Source: Trueperaceae bacterium (GTDB taxonomy: Bacteria; Deinococcota; Deinococci; Deinococcales; Trueperaceae). Taken from it: DNA of 64,000 nt. This document shows positions 30,366 to 41,316 of the stretch, piece by piece. Numbering within the stretch: the first letter of the stretch is position 1; each line of letters opens with the position of its first letter. Below the pieces are notes generated by a model that saw nothing but the letters and a program-made list of their open reading frames with translations, had not been told where the DNA came from and ran no database searches. Position numbers and translations under genes: made by a program. The DNA lies in assembly GCA_965213925.1 (NCBI GenBank), contig OZ243927.1, positions 1,568,001-1,632,000 on the forward strand. The letters run 5' to 3'.

Positions 30366-30800
30366 TCACCGCTCCTTGAGCGCCCGCTCGATCTGCCGCT
30401 TCGCGTCCTTCTTCGCTTGGTCTTGGCGCTTGTCGTAGCGCTTTTTACCTCTTGCGAGCGCGACGCCCAGCTTCGCCCAACCATCCTTGAAGTAGAGCCT
30501 GGTCGGGACGAGCGTCAAACCTTGCCGCTCTAAACCCTTTCGAATCTCGGCGATTTCGCGGTTTTTAAGGAGGAGTTTGCGGCTGCGCAGGGGGTCGTGG
30601 TTGTTGTAGCTCGCCTGTTTGTACGGGGGGATGTACATCCCCTCGAGCCACACCTCCCCGTTTTTGTAGCGGGCAAACGCTTCACCTAGCGTCGCGCCGC
30701 CCGCTCGCAGCGACTTGACCTCGCTGCCTGTCAGCGCCAAGCCCGCCTCGTAGGAGTCTAAAAGTTCGTAATCGAATGATGCGCGCCTATTCTTAATCAC
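30366..30800 (-). CDS. smpB: SsrA-binding protein
   Basis: NRRASFDY, EAGLALTGSEVKSLR, RKLLL, GKKRYDKR. Confidence 0.97.
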   Translation of the reverse strand: MIKNRRASFDYELLDSYEAGLALTGSEVKSLRAGGATLGEAFARYKNGEVWLEGMYIPPYKQASYNNHDPLRSRKLLLKNREIAEIRKGLERQGLTLVPTRLYFKDGWAKLGVALARGKKRYDKRQDQAKKDAKRQIERALKER

Positions 30801-30972
30801 GCTTCCATCATAAGAAATGTGGATGAAGAAGTGGTGCGCAAAAGGACATGGGAGGCGTTTCAGCGCTCAACCAACCCTTTCGTTTTACACAATACACACG
30901 CCGTGTGTCCTTTTGCGCTAGCTTAAAACCGTACCGATTCAGTCACCCTACGTTCTCGTCAAAGGAGACATC

Positions 30973-31536
30973 ATGGACCTTACCCCGCTTTACCCGAGGC
31001 AGCAAACCCCTAGCTTGAGCTTACCTACCGTCGGCGGCGACACCTGGACGCTGAGCGAGCAAGCGGGTGAAAACTTCACGATGGTGGTTTTTTACCGGGG
31101 TCTACACTGCCCTATTTGCGGAACCTATCTGCGCGACTTAAACAGCAAAGCGGACGAGTTCGCTCAGCGCGGTGTGAACATCGTGGTTGCGAGCAGCGAC
31201 GTTCAAGAGCGCGCCGAGAAGAGTAAGGAGCGGTGGAAGCTGGATAACCTTACGGTGGCGTATGACTTAGACCTCGACAAGGCGCGCGAGTGGGGGCTCT
31301 ACATCTCGACGAGTCGCGGCAAAACCTCTACGGGCGTCGTCGAGCCCGACCTCTTCAGCGAGCCCGCGCTCTACCTCATCCGCCCTGACGGGACGCTCTA
31401 TTTCGGCGCAGTCCAGACAATGCCTTTCGCCAGACCGGATTTCGCACAAGTGTTGCAAGCGCTCGACTTCGTGATGGAGAAAGACTATCCGGCGCGAGGT
31501 GAGGTTGTGGACCATCAAGCGGTAGCAGCAGACTGA
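30973..31536 (+). CDS. Peroxiredoxin-like AhpC/TSA family protein
   Basis: FYRGLHCPIC, FSEP..YLIRPDG, MPFARP, YPARG; RBS AAGGAG. Confidence 0.9.
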   Translation: MDLTPLYPRQQTPSLSLPTVGGDTWTLSEQAGENFTMVVFYRGLHCPICGTYLRDLNSKADEFAQRGVNIVVASSDVQERAEKSKERWKLDNLTVAYDLDLDKAREWGLYISTSRGKTSTGVVEPDLFSEPALYLIRPDGTLYFGAVQTMPFARPDFAQVLQALDFVMEKDYPARGEVVDHQAVAAD

Positions 31537-31667
31537 GCGGAATACGCTGAAGCGTGAAGAGGCTTGGACTTGTTCCGAACCTCTTCACTCTTATTGACCG
31601 CACACTCAACATGCCAAGCACTCGTACATATCTAGCCAAGACCCGACGCACTTGTTAAGCTACAAAA

Positions 31668-33386
31668 GTGTTCGACGCCGCCAACCCGCTCATCGTGCAA
31701 GCGGACCGTTCTATCTACCTAGAGACCTTCAATGCGCGTGCGGAGGAGGCGAGGGCGGCGATTTCGCCCTTCGCCGAGTTGGAGAAGAGCCCCGAGCACC
31801 TGCACACCTACAGGCTCACCCCGCTCTCCTTATGGAACGCCGCGAGTAGCGGGCAAAAGAGCGAGACGATGGTGGCGGCGCTCACACGCTTTAGCAAGTT
31901 TCCCGTCCCTGAAAACGTGATGACTGACGTTCGAGAACTCGTCGAGCGCTGGGGGCGACTGCGGCTCATGGAGCTAGGGGCGGGGCTCGGGTTGGAGGTC
32001 CAACCCAGCGACGAAGCGCTGCTTTTGGAAATTTCTAAACAGCGCAAGGTCGCCCCGCTTTTAGGCGAACGCCTCGGCAAGCAGACCTTCGCCGTGCCAC
32101 TGGCGCACCGAGGGCTCATCAAGCAAGCCCTGTTAGAAGTCGGCTGGCCTGTGGAGGATTTAGCGGGCTACAAGGATGGGTTGGAGCTTTCCGTCGCCCT
32201 AGCGAACACCTTGCAGGTGCGTTCTTATCAAGAGGACGCGGTGGAAGCGTTCTATCTTGGGGGTTCCCGGCAGGGCGGCTCCGGCGTCGTCGTGTTGCCA
32301 CCTGGCGCGGGCAAGACTATCGTGGGTCTCGTCGCCATGACGAGGGTCGGTCAGCGCACGCTCATCCTGACGACGAACCGCACCAGCGTCAGCCAGTGGG
32401 GGCGCGAGCTTTTAGATAAGACGACGCTCGCGCAAGAGGACGTGGCGGAGTACCGCTCCAACGCGAAGAAGCTGGGTCCGGTCACGCTCTGCACCTATCA
32501 GATGCTGACCACGCGCAAAAGGCGCAAAAAGGGCGAAAAGGAGACCGAAGCGGTCTACCCGCACATGCAGCTCTTTCGCGAGCAGGACTGGGGGCTCATC
32601 GTGTACGACGAGGTCCACCTCTTGCCCGCGCCCGTGTTCCGCCTCACCGCCGAGGTGCAGGCGCGGCGGCGCTTGGGGCTTACCGCAACGCTGATTCGCG
32701 AGGACGGGCGCGAGGGGGACGTGTTCTCGCTCATCGGTCCGAAACGCTTCGACGTGCCGTGGAAGGACCTCGAGTCGAGCGGCTGGATCGCCAACGCGCA
32801 CCTCTGCGAGGTACGCCTCAAACTGTCCGAAGAAGAGCGCCTCAGCTACGCGGTCTCCGAACCCGCGCTCAAGTTTCGCATCGCCGCTGAGAACCCGCGC
32901 AAACGTGAGCTGGTTGAGCGCATCTTAGCGCACCACCGGGGCGAGCCGAGCTTGGTGATCGGGCAGTACCTGCACCAGCTAGAACTCATCGCGAATGACC
33001 TAGACGCGCCGCTCATCACGGGCGAAACCCCGCAGAGCGAACGCGAACGGCTCTTCGCCGCGTTTAGGGAGGGCGGTGTGGAGACGCTCGTCTTATCCAA
33101 AGTCGGTAACTTCGCGCTCGACTTGCCCGACGCGCAGGTAATGATTCAGGTCTCGGGCGCGTTCGGCTCACGCCAGGAGGAGGCGCAACGCTTGGGGCGC
33201 GTGCTGCGCCCGAAACGTGCGGGCGTCGGCGCTTACTTCTACAGCTTAGTGACGAGGGAAACCAAAGAGGAGGACTTCGCGCATCACCGGCAGCTCTTTT
33301 TGACCGAGCAGGGCTACGGGTATAGGATTATGGACGAGGCGGAGTGGTTGGAGCCGGAAGTAAGGGATGCGAGCGCACTGAACTAG
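31668..33386 (+). CDS. xpb: XPB/Ssl2-family SF2 DNA helicase
   Basis: N-terminal LIVQ.D...FAELEKSPEHLHTYRLTPLSLWNA; GAGKT, DEVH, GLTATLIREDG (RED), GSRQEEAQRLGR. Confidence 0.95.
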   Translation: MFDAANPLIVQADRSIYLETFNARAEEARAAISPFAELEKSPEHLHTYRLTPLSLWNAASSGQKSETMVAALTRFSKFPVPENVMTDVRELVERWGRLRLMELGAGLGLEVQPSDEALLLEISKQRKVAPLLGERLGKQTFAVPLAHRGLIKQALLEVGWPVEDLAGYKDGLELSVALANTLQVRSYQEDAVEAFYLGGSRQGGSGVVVLPPGAGKTIVGLVAMTRVGQRTLILTTNRTSVSQWGRELLDKTTLAQEDVAEYRSNAKKLGPVTLCTYQMLTTRKRRKKGEKETEAVYPHMQLFREQDWGLIVYDEVHLLPAPVFRLTAEVQARRRLGLTATLIREDGREGDVFSLIGPKRFDVPWKDLESSGWIANAHLCEVRLKLSEEERLSYAVSEPALKFRIAAENPRKRELVERILAHHRGEPSLVIGQYLHQLELIANDLDAPLITGETPQSERERLFAAFREGGVETLVLSKVGNFALDLPDAQVMIQVSGAFGSRQEEAQRLGRVLRPKRAGVGAYFYSLVTRETKEEDFAHHRQLFLTEQGYGYRIMDEAEWLEPEVRDASALN

Positions 33387-33424
33387 CAAACATAAGCGAC
33401 TGAGTATGAGTATAGAGTATCGGG

Positions 33425-33535
33425 AGGAAGCAGTTGAAAGCAATGAGTTGAAAGTGGAAAAGCTTTTTGGTTTTCACTCACTACTCACCGTTCGTCCAGC
33501 TCGACTGGATTGCTCGGTACTCATTGCTTTTTACT
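33425..33535. repeat. STRR-like GCAATGA/TCATTGC repeat element
   Basis: Reverse complement aligns with both ends of 37938-38172. Confidence 0.7.
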
Positions 33536-33548
33536 TAAAGGAGTTTTC

Positions 33549-33809
33549 ATGTCCGCTAAACCTAGACGAAATCTCAAGTTTAATTCGCTCGAGCCTTTTC
33601 CCGCTCCTAAAGAGGTCGTGCTGCACGAGGGCTTGACGCTCGTCGAGGTGTCGGACGAGGCGGAGCTGAGCGCCCTACAAGCCGACGCCCGCTTGAAAGA
33701 TTTCATCTTGGCGCGGCTCTCACCCACCGAAGCGGTGGTGCTGCCCCAGCATCACCAGAGTTTTCTCAAGGCGCTGCTCAAGGCGGGGCATACGCCCAAA
33801 GTGGACTGA
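33549..33809 (+). CDS. Small XPB-operon protein (86 aa), p8/Tfb5-like pattern
   Basis: RBS AAAGGAG; EGLTLVEVSD...LKDFILARLSPTEAVV...FLKALLKAG.P. Confidence 0.8.
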   Translation: MSAKPRRNLKFNSLEPFPAPKEVVLHEGLTLVEVSDEAELSALQADARLKDFILARLSPTEAVVLPQHHQSFLKALLKAGHTPKVD

Positions 33810-33812
33810 GCG

Positions 33813-36574
33813 GTGCCGAGAAATAGCCTATTAGAATTACTTGGTGAGTTGAGCGGCGCGCGTGAGGCAGAGACGGACGAAGGCGTTTCACCGGAACTGC
33901 TCGAGAAGCTTCGCGTGCTGGGCGTGAGCGTCGGTACCTCGGGGCTCGATAAGGTGACGCTCACTTCGTCACCCGGCGCGGCGTCGGTACCTGCGAGCGA
34001 AGGCGTAGGGTTAGAGCCCATGCTGCAGTACATGAACGTAGACCAGCTCAAGCAGGTTGCTAAGCGCTTTAACGAAGAGGCAAACGCGAGTCGCATGGCG
34101 GAGAGTAAGAAAGCTGTCAAACAGGCGCTTAGTAAGCCCGCAGCGCTGAAACAGATGGTAGCCGCGCTCAGCCCGCTCGAGCGCGCGCTCTTAAACGAAG
34201 TCAAACGGCGCGGCGGCGCGGCGGACGGCTGGTCGCTTATCGTTTACGCCGCCTTACGCGGTTTGAAGCCGAATAAGCGAGTAGGTAGCGGCAGCGTCTA
34301 CAAGCAGCAACTCAGCAGCGCTTTAGGGCTCGAGTATCTAGGCGTGCTGATTCGCGACGGGCTGCTCATCCCCGCGAGCAACCTCGCGTCGTGGTTTTTG
34401 CGCTATCAGTATTATATGAGCGAGAGCAGCCCCGAAGACGACGTTTTGCTCGCAGACCCGCGCCTCCTCGCGCAGCTACCGGACGAGCCGCCCCCAGAGC
34501 TGCAACCGCTCGCCCTTGAACCGCCCGCCCTTGAATCACCCGGTGGCGTCACGCTTACAGCGGTGCATCCAATGCGGACGTTGCTCGAGCTGTTCGACCT
34601 CTTGTCCCTCGTCACCGAAGAGGGCGGCGTGCAAATTACGCAGCGCGGCACGGTCAGCAGAACGCTGCTCAAACGCTTGGCGAAACGCAGACCGAACTTG
34701 GACAAGCGCATAGAAATGCTGCTGCATTTAGGCGTAACATTAGGGCTCTTCGATCCGCCTATAAGCGAATCTAGTAAAGACCCCTGGCGCGTCAACTTCA
34801 CCCGCCTACACGCCCTTAGAAGTGCCCCGCTCGCGCTGACCTATAGCTTCGCCATAGACGCCTCGCTGCAAATCCCCGAGGCGGAAGACGCTAGGGGCTC
34901 GGGCGCGTCCAGCTTGATCTCGAAAGAGGTGGCGAAGCGGGCACTTTTGGAGAGTTTGGAGGCGTTGCCAGAGGAAAGCGTGAAGCTGGACGCGGCGCTG
35001 GCGGCGCTGTGGGAGCGGGCGCTCAAGTACGTGGCGAGGGCTCCGCGCTGGGGCGACGACGCCGAGCCCAAGCGCCCCGCTTGGTTTACGGGCGTGCTGC
35101 AAGGCGCGTTTCACGAACTGGGTTTAGTGGCAACGGCGGAGCTAAAGGGCGTAAGCGAACCGCAAAAGAAAGCTCGCGGCGGCGTCAAGGTGATGGTTAA
35201 TGGAGAGATTGTGCCAGCGGCGTCCCTCTACAAAGATGACACCGCGCACAAGTACGCCGTCGCGCCCGCATTAGGTTTCGAATGGTTTCAGCGTGGGCGA
35301 GCCTTGCAAGAGGTCACGACGCCGCCCGAAATAACGCAGCTTCGCTCACTTAGGGGACTCGAGCCCGAGACGGGCAAACCCAACGAGCCTAGCTTGCTGA
35401 TTCAGCCGAACTTCGATATTTTAGTCTACCTGGATAAACTCACGCCCGCCGCGATGACCGCGCTCAGTTGCGCCGCCCTCACCCGCGTAGACGCGCAAAC
35501 GGCGAGCTACACGCTGAGCCGGGGGAGCCTCTACCGCGCCCTCGAGACCGGACTAGACCTAAAGGGCTTACTCGACCTCTTGAATGAGCACAGCATGGGC
35601 GTCCCCGACAACGTCACGCAGAGCCTGCGCGACTGGGCGTCACGCCGCGAGCGCTTGCGCGTGCAGGAGGATGTGCGGCTGCTCGAGTACGCCAGCCAAA
35701 AAGAGCGCGACGCCGCCTTGAAGAAGTTGACGGAAAGAGGTGCGCGTGCCCTCGCCGAGCGGTTCATCTTGCTAGAAAGAGGTGCACAACTCCCTAAAGT
35801 CAAGGTGCGCCACCCCTACGACCGTGCGCCGAGCCGTACGCTGCGCTTTTTACCCTCGGGACACTTCAAGTTGGAGGGTGCCACCGATTTAGCCGGACGC
35901 GCCGTCTTAGCGCAACTCGCTACTCAAGACGAAAAAGGGTACCACCTCGACGTGGATAAGGTTCGCGCCGGAGCGCTCACCCAAGCCGCCCGCGACGCGC
36001 TTACCGAACGGGCTCAAGGCGGTCTGCCGCCGCAGCTAGAAGCGCTCATTAACGTGTGGAGTGGCCAGAGCGCCGCGCCCACCGTCGCGACGATTCGCGT
36101 CTTTCAGCACCCGAGCGCGGCGGCGCTCGCCAAACACCCCAAAATCGCGCCGCACTTGGGCACAGCCATCAATGAAACGAGCTTTTTGGTTCAAGAGGGG
36201 CATGAGGAGCGGCTCGAGCAGCACCTCTCCGAGCTTGGTATAGAACCCGCCGAACGCTTCAAAGCGGACGTCAAACCGCAAGTCATCGACAGCAGCGCCA
36301 TGCAGACCGGGCTCAACACCCGCAAGATGCGCGAGTTAATCGAGGCGGCGATTGCGCAAGGGCGGGGCTCGAGCTGCGCTACCACCACGAAAAGACGAAC
36401 TACAACCGCTACGGTTACGACAAAAAAGTCAAGGGCAAGCTCGTCACGGAAAAGGTCACGCCCGAGTCGGTGACGTATTCGGGCTCGACGCCCTACGTGC
36501 GGACGAGTGCGCCGGGTAAGAAGGGGAGTTTTGAGATTCGGGTTGGGTATATTGAGGGGATTGCGGTGCTGTAG
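33813..36574 (+). CDS. XPB-associated helicase_C_3 (p52/Tfb2-like) protein with WYL-like tail; one base missing near 36365
   Basis: LLIQPNFDILV...YTLSRGSLYRALETG...VPDNV..SLRDW; the frame restored by one base reads LELRY...KVTPESV...IRVGYIEGIAVL* to 36574. Confidence 0.85.
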
Positions 36575-36576
36575 GT

Positions 36577-36657
36577 GAGGAGTAGTCAGTGGTCAGAATT
36601 CAGTGGTCAAATAGCTTGTCTGCTGACTACTTACTACTGATTCCTGACTACTCCTCC
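36577..36657. repeat. STRR-like (AGTAGTC/AGTGGTC)n...(GACTACT)n inverted repeat between convergent genes
   Basis: ggagtagtcagtggtcag...ctgactacttactactgattcctgactactcc. Confidence 0.65.
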
Positions 36658-36684
36658 TTTCGACCTCTTACTTCCTCACGCAAC

Positions 36685-37881
36685 CTAACCTCTAAACTGT
36701 GACAAATACGCCCTCGAGATAATCAGATGCTGAATCTCGTCTGTTCCCTCACCGATTCTCGTAAGCCTCGCGTCGCGCCACATCCGCTCGACGTGGTACT
36801 CCTTGATGTAGCCGTAGCCGCCCAAAATCTGAATCGCGTAGTCGCACGCCTTGACCCCGGCGGTGCTCCCCTTGAGCTTCGCCATAGACGCCGCCATCGC
36901 GTAGTCCTTGCCCGCGTCTTTAAGCGCCGCCGCTTTGATGACTAAGAGCCGCGCCGCCTCTAACTCCGTCGCCATCTCCGCAATCTTAAAGCTGATGCCT
37001 TGATTGTCCGCAATGGGCTTGCCGAACTGCTCGCGCTCTAAAGCGTACTTCGAGGCAATTTCTAGTGCGCCGCGCCCGAGCCCGATACCCATCGCGCCGA
37101 TGCCGATGCGCCCGCCGTTTAAGACCTCCATCACGTCCTTAAAGGCTTCGCCGCGCGCGCCGAGCAGGTTTTCGGCGGGAACTTCTAAGTTCTCAAAGGT
37201 CAAGGGCGTCGTGTCAGAGGAGTGTAGTCCCAACTTCTCCTCGGGCTTGCCGCGAATCAGACCTTGCGACTCGCCGTCAAAAACGAATGCGCTGATGCCG
37301 TTTGAGGGCGAACGTCCCTCCTCGGCCGCGTCGGTGCGCGCGAGAATGACGTAGGTGCCGCCCACCGTGCCCTGCGTGATGAAAATCTTCGAGCCGCTCA
37401 CGACGAAGTGGTCGCCCATGTCCTCGGCTTTGGTCTTCATCCCCGCCGCGTCCGAGCCGGAGCTAGGCTCGGTGAGCCCCCACGCACCGAGCTTTTCTGC
37501 GCTTGCTAAAGAGGGTAAAAACTCACCCTTTTGCGCCTCGCTGCCTGCAATCTGGATATGCCCGGTGCAGAGCGAGTTGTGCGAGGCGACGGTCAAGCAG
37601 AGCGAGCCGTCCACAGCGGCAATCTCTTCGATGATGCGCGCCATCGTTTCGGTATCTAGCGCGGAGCCGCCGTACTGTTCAGGGACTTGCATCCCCATCA
37701 CGCCGAGTTCGCCGAGTTGTTTAACGATCTCGAGGGGAAACTCCCCCGACTTGTCCCGCTCCAACGCGCCCGGTGCGACTTCGTGATTCAAAAAATCTTT
37801 GAGCGCGCCAATCAGCGCTTTCTGGTCAGCGTCTAGCTCGAACCAGAGGTTGTTTTCAACATTTTGAAGTGTAGTCGTCAT
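36685..37881 (-). CDS. Acyl-CoA dehydrogenase
   Basis: [39 protein letters not shown]; leaderless TATAAT. Confidence 0.95.
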   Translation of the reverse strand: MTTTLQNVENNLWFELDADQKALIGALKDFLNHEVAPGALERDKSGEFPLEIVKQLGELGVMGMQVPEQYGGSALDTETMARIIEEIAAVDGSLCLTVASHNSLCTGHIQIAGSEAQKGEFLPSLASAEKLGAWGLTEPSSGSDAAGMKTKAEDMGDHFVVSGSKIFITQGTVGGTYVILARTDAAEEGRSPSNGISAFVFDGESQGLIRGKPEEKLGLHSSDTTPLTFENLEVPAENLLGARGEAFKDVMEVLNGGRIGIGAMGIGLGRGALEIASKYALEREQFGKPIADNQGISFKIAEMATELEAARLLVIKAAALKDAGKDYAMAASMAKLKGSTAGVKACDYAIQILGGYGYIKEYHVERMWRDARLTRIGEGTDEIQHLIISRAYLSQFRG

Positions 37882-37937
37882 AATTCATTATAGAGCGTAA
37901 ACTATTTTTGGAGCGCAGTGTACATATGTCGGTAAAC

Positions 37938-38172
37938 AAGAAAGCAATGAGAAAAAGACAGTTGAAAGCAATCCAGTCGTACCCGGAGGGCACAGGGCTG
38001 GTTAGGTAATCTTTTGCCGGAGGGCAAAACTTCGTTTGCGTAGTCCTCCTTCGGGAGAAGCGAAGCAATGTACGTCAGTTTTTCCGATTACGAAGTTTTC
38101 GCAGAAGCGAAACGGCGAGCAATGAGTGAAAAGCCCTTGGTTTTTACTTTCAACTCATTGCTCATTGTTATC
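37938..38172. repeat. STRR-like element with a nested REP-like insert
   Basis: GCAATGAG/CTCATTGC arms enclosing about 130 bp with hairpins TTTTGCC..GGCAAAA and AAACTTCGT...ACGAAGTTT. Confidence 0.7.
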
Positions 38173-38220
38173 TTCGCCTTACCGCTTCTCTCTCCACCGA
38201 TAACTTGCTACACTACCCTT

Positions 38221-38602
38221 ATGGAGCACTACTGGGTAAGAGGGATTCGCGGGGCGACGACGGTGGCGCGCGACGAGCCGGAGCTTATTTTAGAGGCGAC
38301 CGGAGAGCTTTTAGAAACCATGCTGCGCGAAAACGGCGTCACGGAGTTCGAGCCGATCGCGTCTATCTTTTTTACGACGACGCCCGACTTATGCAGTACC
38401 TTTCCCGCTGAGGCGGCGCGGCGGCTCGGCATGAACATGGTGCCCCTTAATCTGTAACCAAGAGATTCCCGTGCCGAACCGCCTGCCCTTGGCGGTGCGC
38501 GTGATGATGCAGGTCAACACGCGCAAAAGCCAAAAGGAGATGAAACATATCTATTTACGTGAAGCGGTCAAGCTTCGTCCCGACCTGGTAAGTGCGCAGT
38601 AG
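38221..38602 (+). CDS. aroH: Chorismate mutase AroH class; one extra C near 38445
   Basis: VRGIRGATT, FTTTPDL..FPA.AAR; after the shift VPLICNQEIPV...VRVM...HIYL..A.KLRPD; leaderless TACACT. Confidence 0.92.
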
Positions 38603-38610
38603 TTGGGTTT

Positions 38611-39147
38611 TTACTTATCCCCAAACTTCTCCCTGTAGAGCTTTCGGCAGCGCTCGATTGACTCGTGCGCAGCTTCTTTACCCTGGAAGTCCTCGACATC
38701 GACGCCTTTTTGCATCGCGTCCTTGTAAGAGTTGAAAAACCACTTGAGTTCGTCGCGCTCATAGCGGGGTAGGTCGCCAACCTCTTTGTAATCGCTGTAC
38801 ATAGGGTCGTCCACATGGACGCAGATGAGTTTATCGTCGGTCTCGCCGTTGTCCTTCATCTTGAAAATTCCGATGGGTCGCACGCGCAGCACGCTGAGGG
38901 GAATAACAGCGTTTTGCATCATGACCAACACGTCAATGGGGTCGCCGTCGTCGTCCAACGTCTGCGGCAGAAAGCCGTAGTTCGTCGGGTAAGGGATGGG
39001 CGGATGGAGCACGCGGTCTACGCTGATGATGCCTAGTTCGGGGTCGAGTTCGTACTTCGTCGTGTCGCCGCCCGGAACCTCAACAACAGCGCGGACCTCT
39101 TCGGGTGCGTCGTCGCCTAGGGGGATGTCGTGCCAGGGGTGAACCAT
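38611..39147 (-). CDS. ppa: Inorganic pyrophosphatase, family I
   Basis: KYELD, YPTNYGFLPQT, DGDPIDV, DDKLI. Confidence 0.95.
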   Translation of the reverse strand: MVHPWHDIPLGDDAPEEVRAVVEVPGGDTTKYELDPELGIISVDRVLHPPIPYPTNYGFLPQTLDDDGDPIDVLVMMQNAVIPLSVLRVRPIGIFKMKDNGETDDKLICVHVDDPMYSDYKEVGDLPRYERDELKWFFNSYKDAMQKGVDVEDFQGKEAAHESIERCRKLYREKFGDK

Positions 39148-39252
39148 GGTGAATCTCCTTGTTTGCCGGTATCCTCACGGGAGAAGGATACGCGTGAAAT
39201 TGTTTCAGTTTAGACCTGAAAGCGCTCGAGTTTAACAGAGGAAGATGAAAGC

Positions 39253-39702
39253 TCACTGTTCGCGCAACCCTGATTCATCCGTGGCGAAGCCGATGTAAGG
39301 ATTCTCACGCTTCTGCGTCCAAACCTCTTTCAGTTGCGGCGGATAAATGGTGACGCCTTGTACCTCGCCTCGGCTGAACCACCGCGCCTCGGCTAGGTGC
39401 TCCTGCTCGGGAATGCTCGGTTCGCTCCCCCCATCTACCAAGGTCGCAAGAAAGGTCAGCTCTAAGGAACGTTCGTGCTTGCCTTCGCCGTAAAATTCCT
39501 GCACGAAGAGAAGCTCGCCCACCTCCACGTGCAGCCGCGTTTCCTCGAAGACCTCACGCGCGCCGCATTCGGGCAACGTCTCACCCGCTTCCCAACCGCC
39601 ACCCGGCGGATACCAGTAGGGGAGACCTTCATTGCGGACGAGCAGCAAACGCGCTTCGTGCATCACCGCGAGGCGGCAGATAACTCTCGGATTCACTCCC
39701 AC
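39253..39702 (-). CDS. NUDIX hydrolase
   Basis: PGGGWEAGETL.ECGAREVFEET; alternative GTG start at 39696 overlaps the upstream stop. Confidence 0.9.
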   Translation of the reverse strand: MGVNPRVICRLAVMHEARLLLVRNEGLPYWYPPGGGWEAGETLPECGAREVFEETRLHVEVGELLFVQEFYGEGKHERSLELTFLATLVDGGSEPSIPEQEHLAEARWFSRGEVQGVTIYPPQLKEVWTQKRENPYIGFATDESGLREQ

Positions 39703-39974
39703 GCTTTGACGGGGATGAGTTCGCCGCCGTCTACGGTCGCGTTCTTGACGCGGTGGCTACGGCTCAATGTGACCTCTAACACGGCTTCATCCAGGCTGCT
39801 CGAGCCGATCAGCACCTTGCGCACGAAGTAGCCACCCCCCGGCTGAGCGCTCATCTCACTCGACTTGGACAACCTGACGGGGATGACCTCGCCGTTTCTC
39901 GAGGTGCGCACCCTAGCCAGTAAAAAGTTGCCTTCGTTTTTGAAGTTGGGATTTCTGCGGAGGAAGGAGAACAT
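39693..39974 (-). CDS. Hypothetical protein (93 aa)
   Basis: Leaderless TACACT; coupled to the NUDIX gene. Confidence 0.75.
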   Translation of the reverse strand: MFSFLRRNPNFKNEGNFLLARVRTSRNGEVIPVRLSKSSEMSAQPGGGYFVRKVLIGSSSLDEAVLEVTLSRSHRVKNATVDGGELIPVKAWE

Positions 39975-40042
39975 GCTCTTAGTGTAACTGAGTTGCGTCT
40001 TTTTGTAGAGCTAGTGCTTTAGAGAAACGAGAGAAAAGAGAA

Positions 40043-40097
40043 AAGGACTGAGGACTGAGTATTTTACTTTCCTCTCAGTCCTCAGTCCTCAGTCCTT
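40043..40097. repeat. STRR-like (AGGACTG)n...(CAGTCCT)n inverted repeat downstream of clpX
   Basis: aggactgaggactgag...ctcagtcctcagtcctcagtcct. Confidence 0.8.
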
Positions 40098-40115
40098 ATT
40101 CCTCGTTACTCGCCT

Positions 40116-41315
<1,200 letters not shown>

Positions 41316-41316
41316 C

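Noticed and set aside
30801..30972. tmRNA next to smpB
   Set aside because: Gap is too short and has no tRNA-like ends
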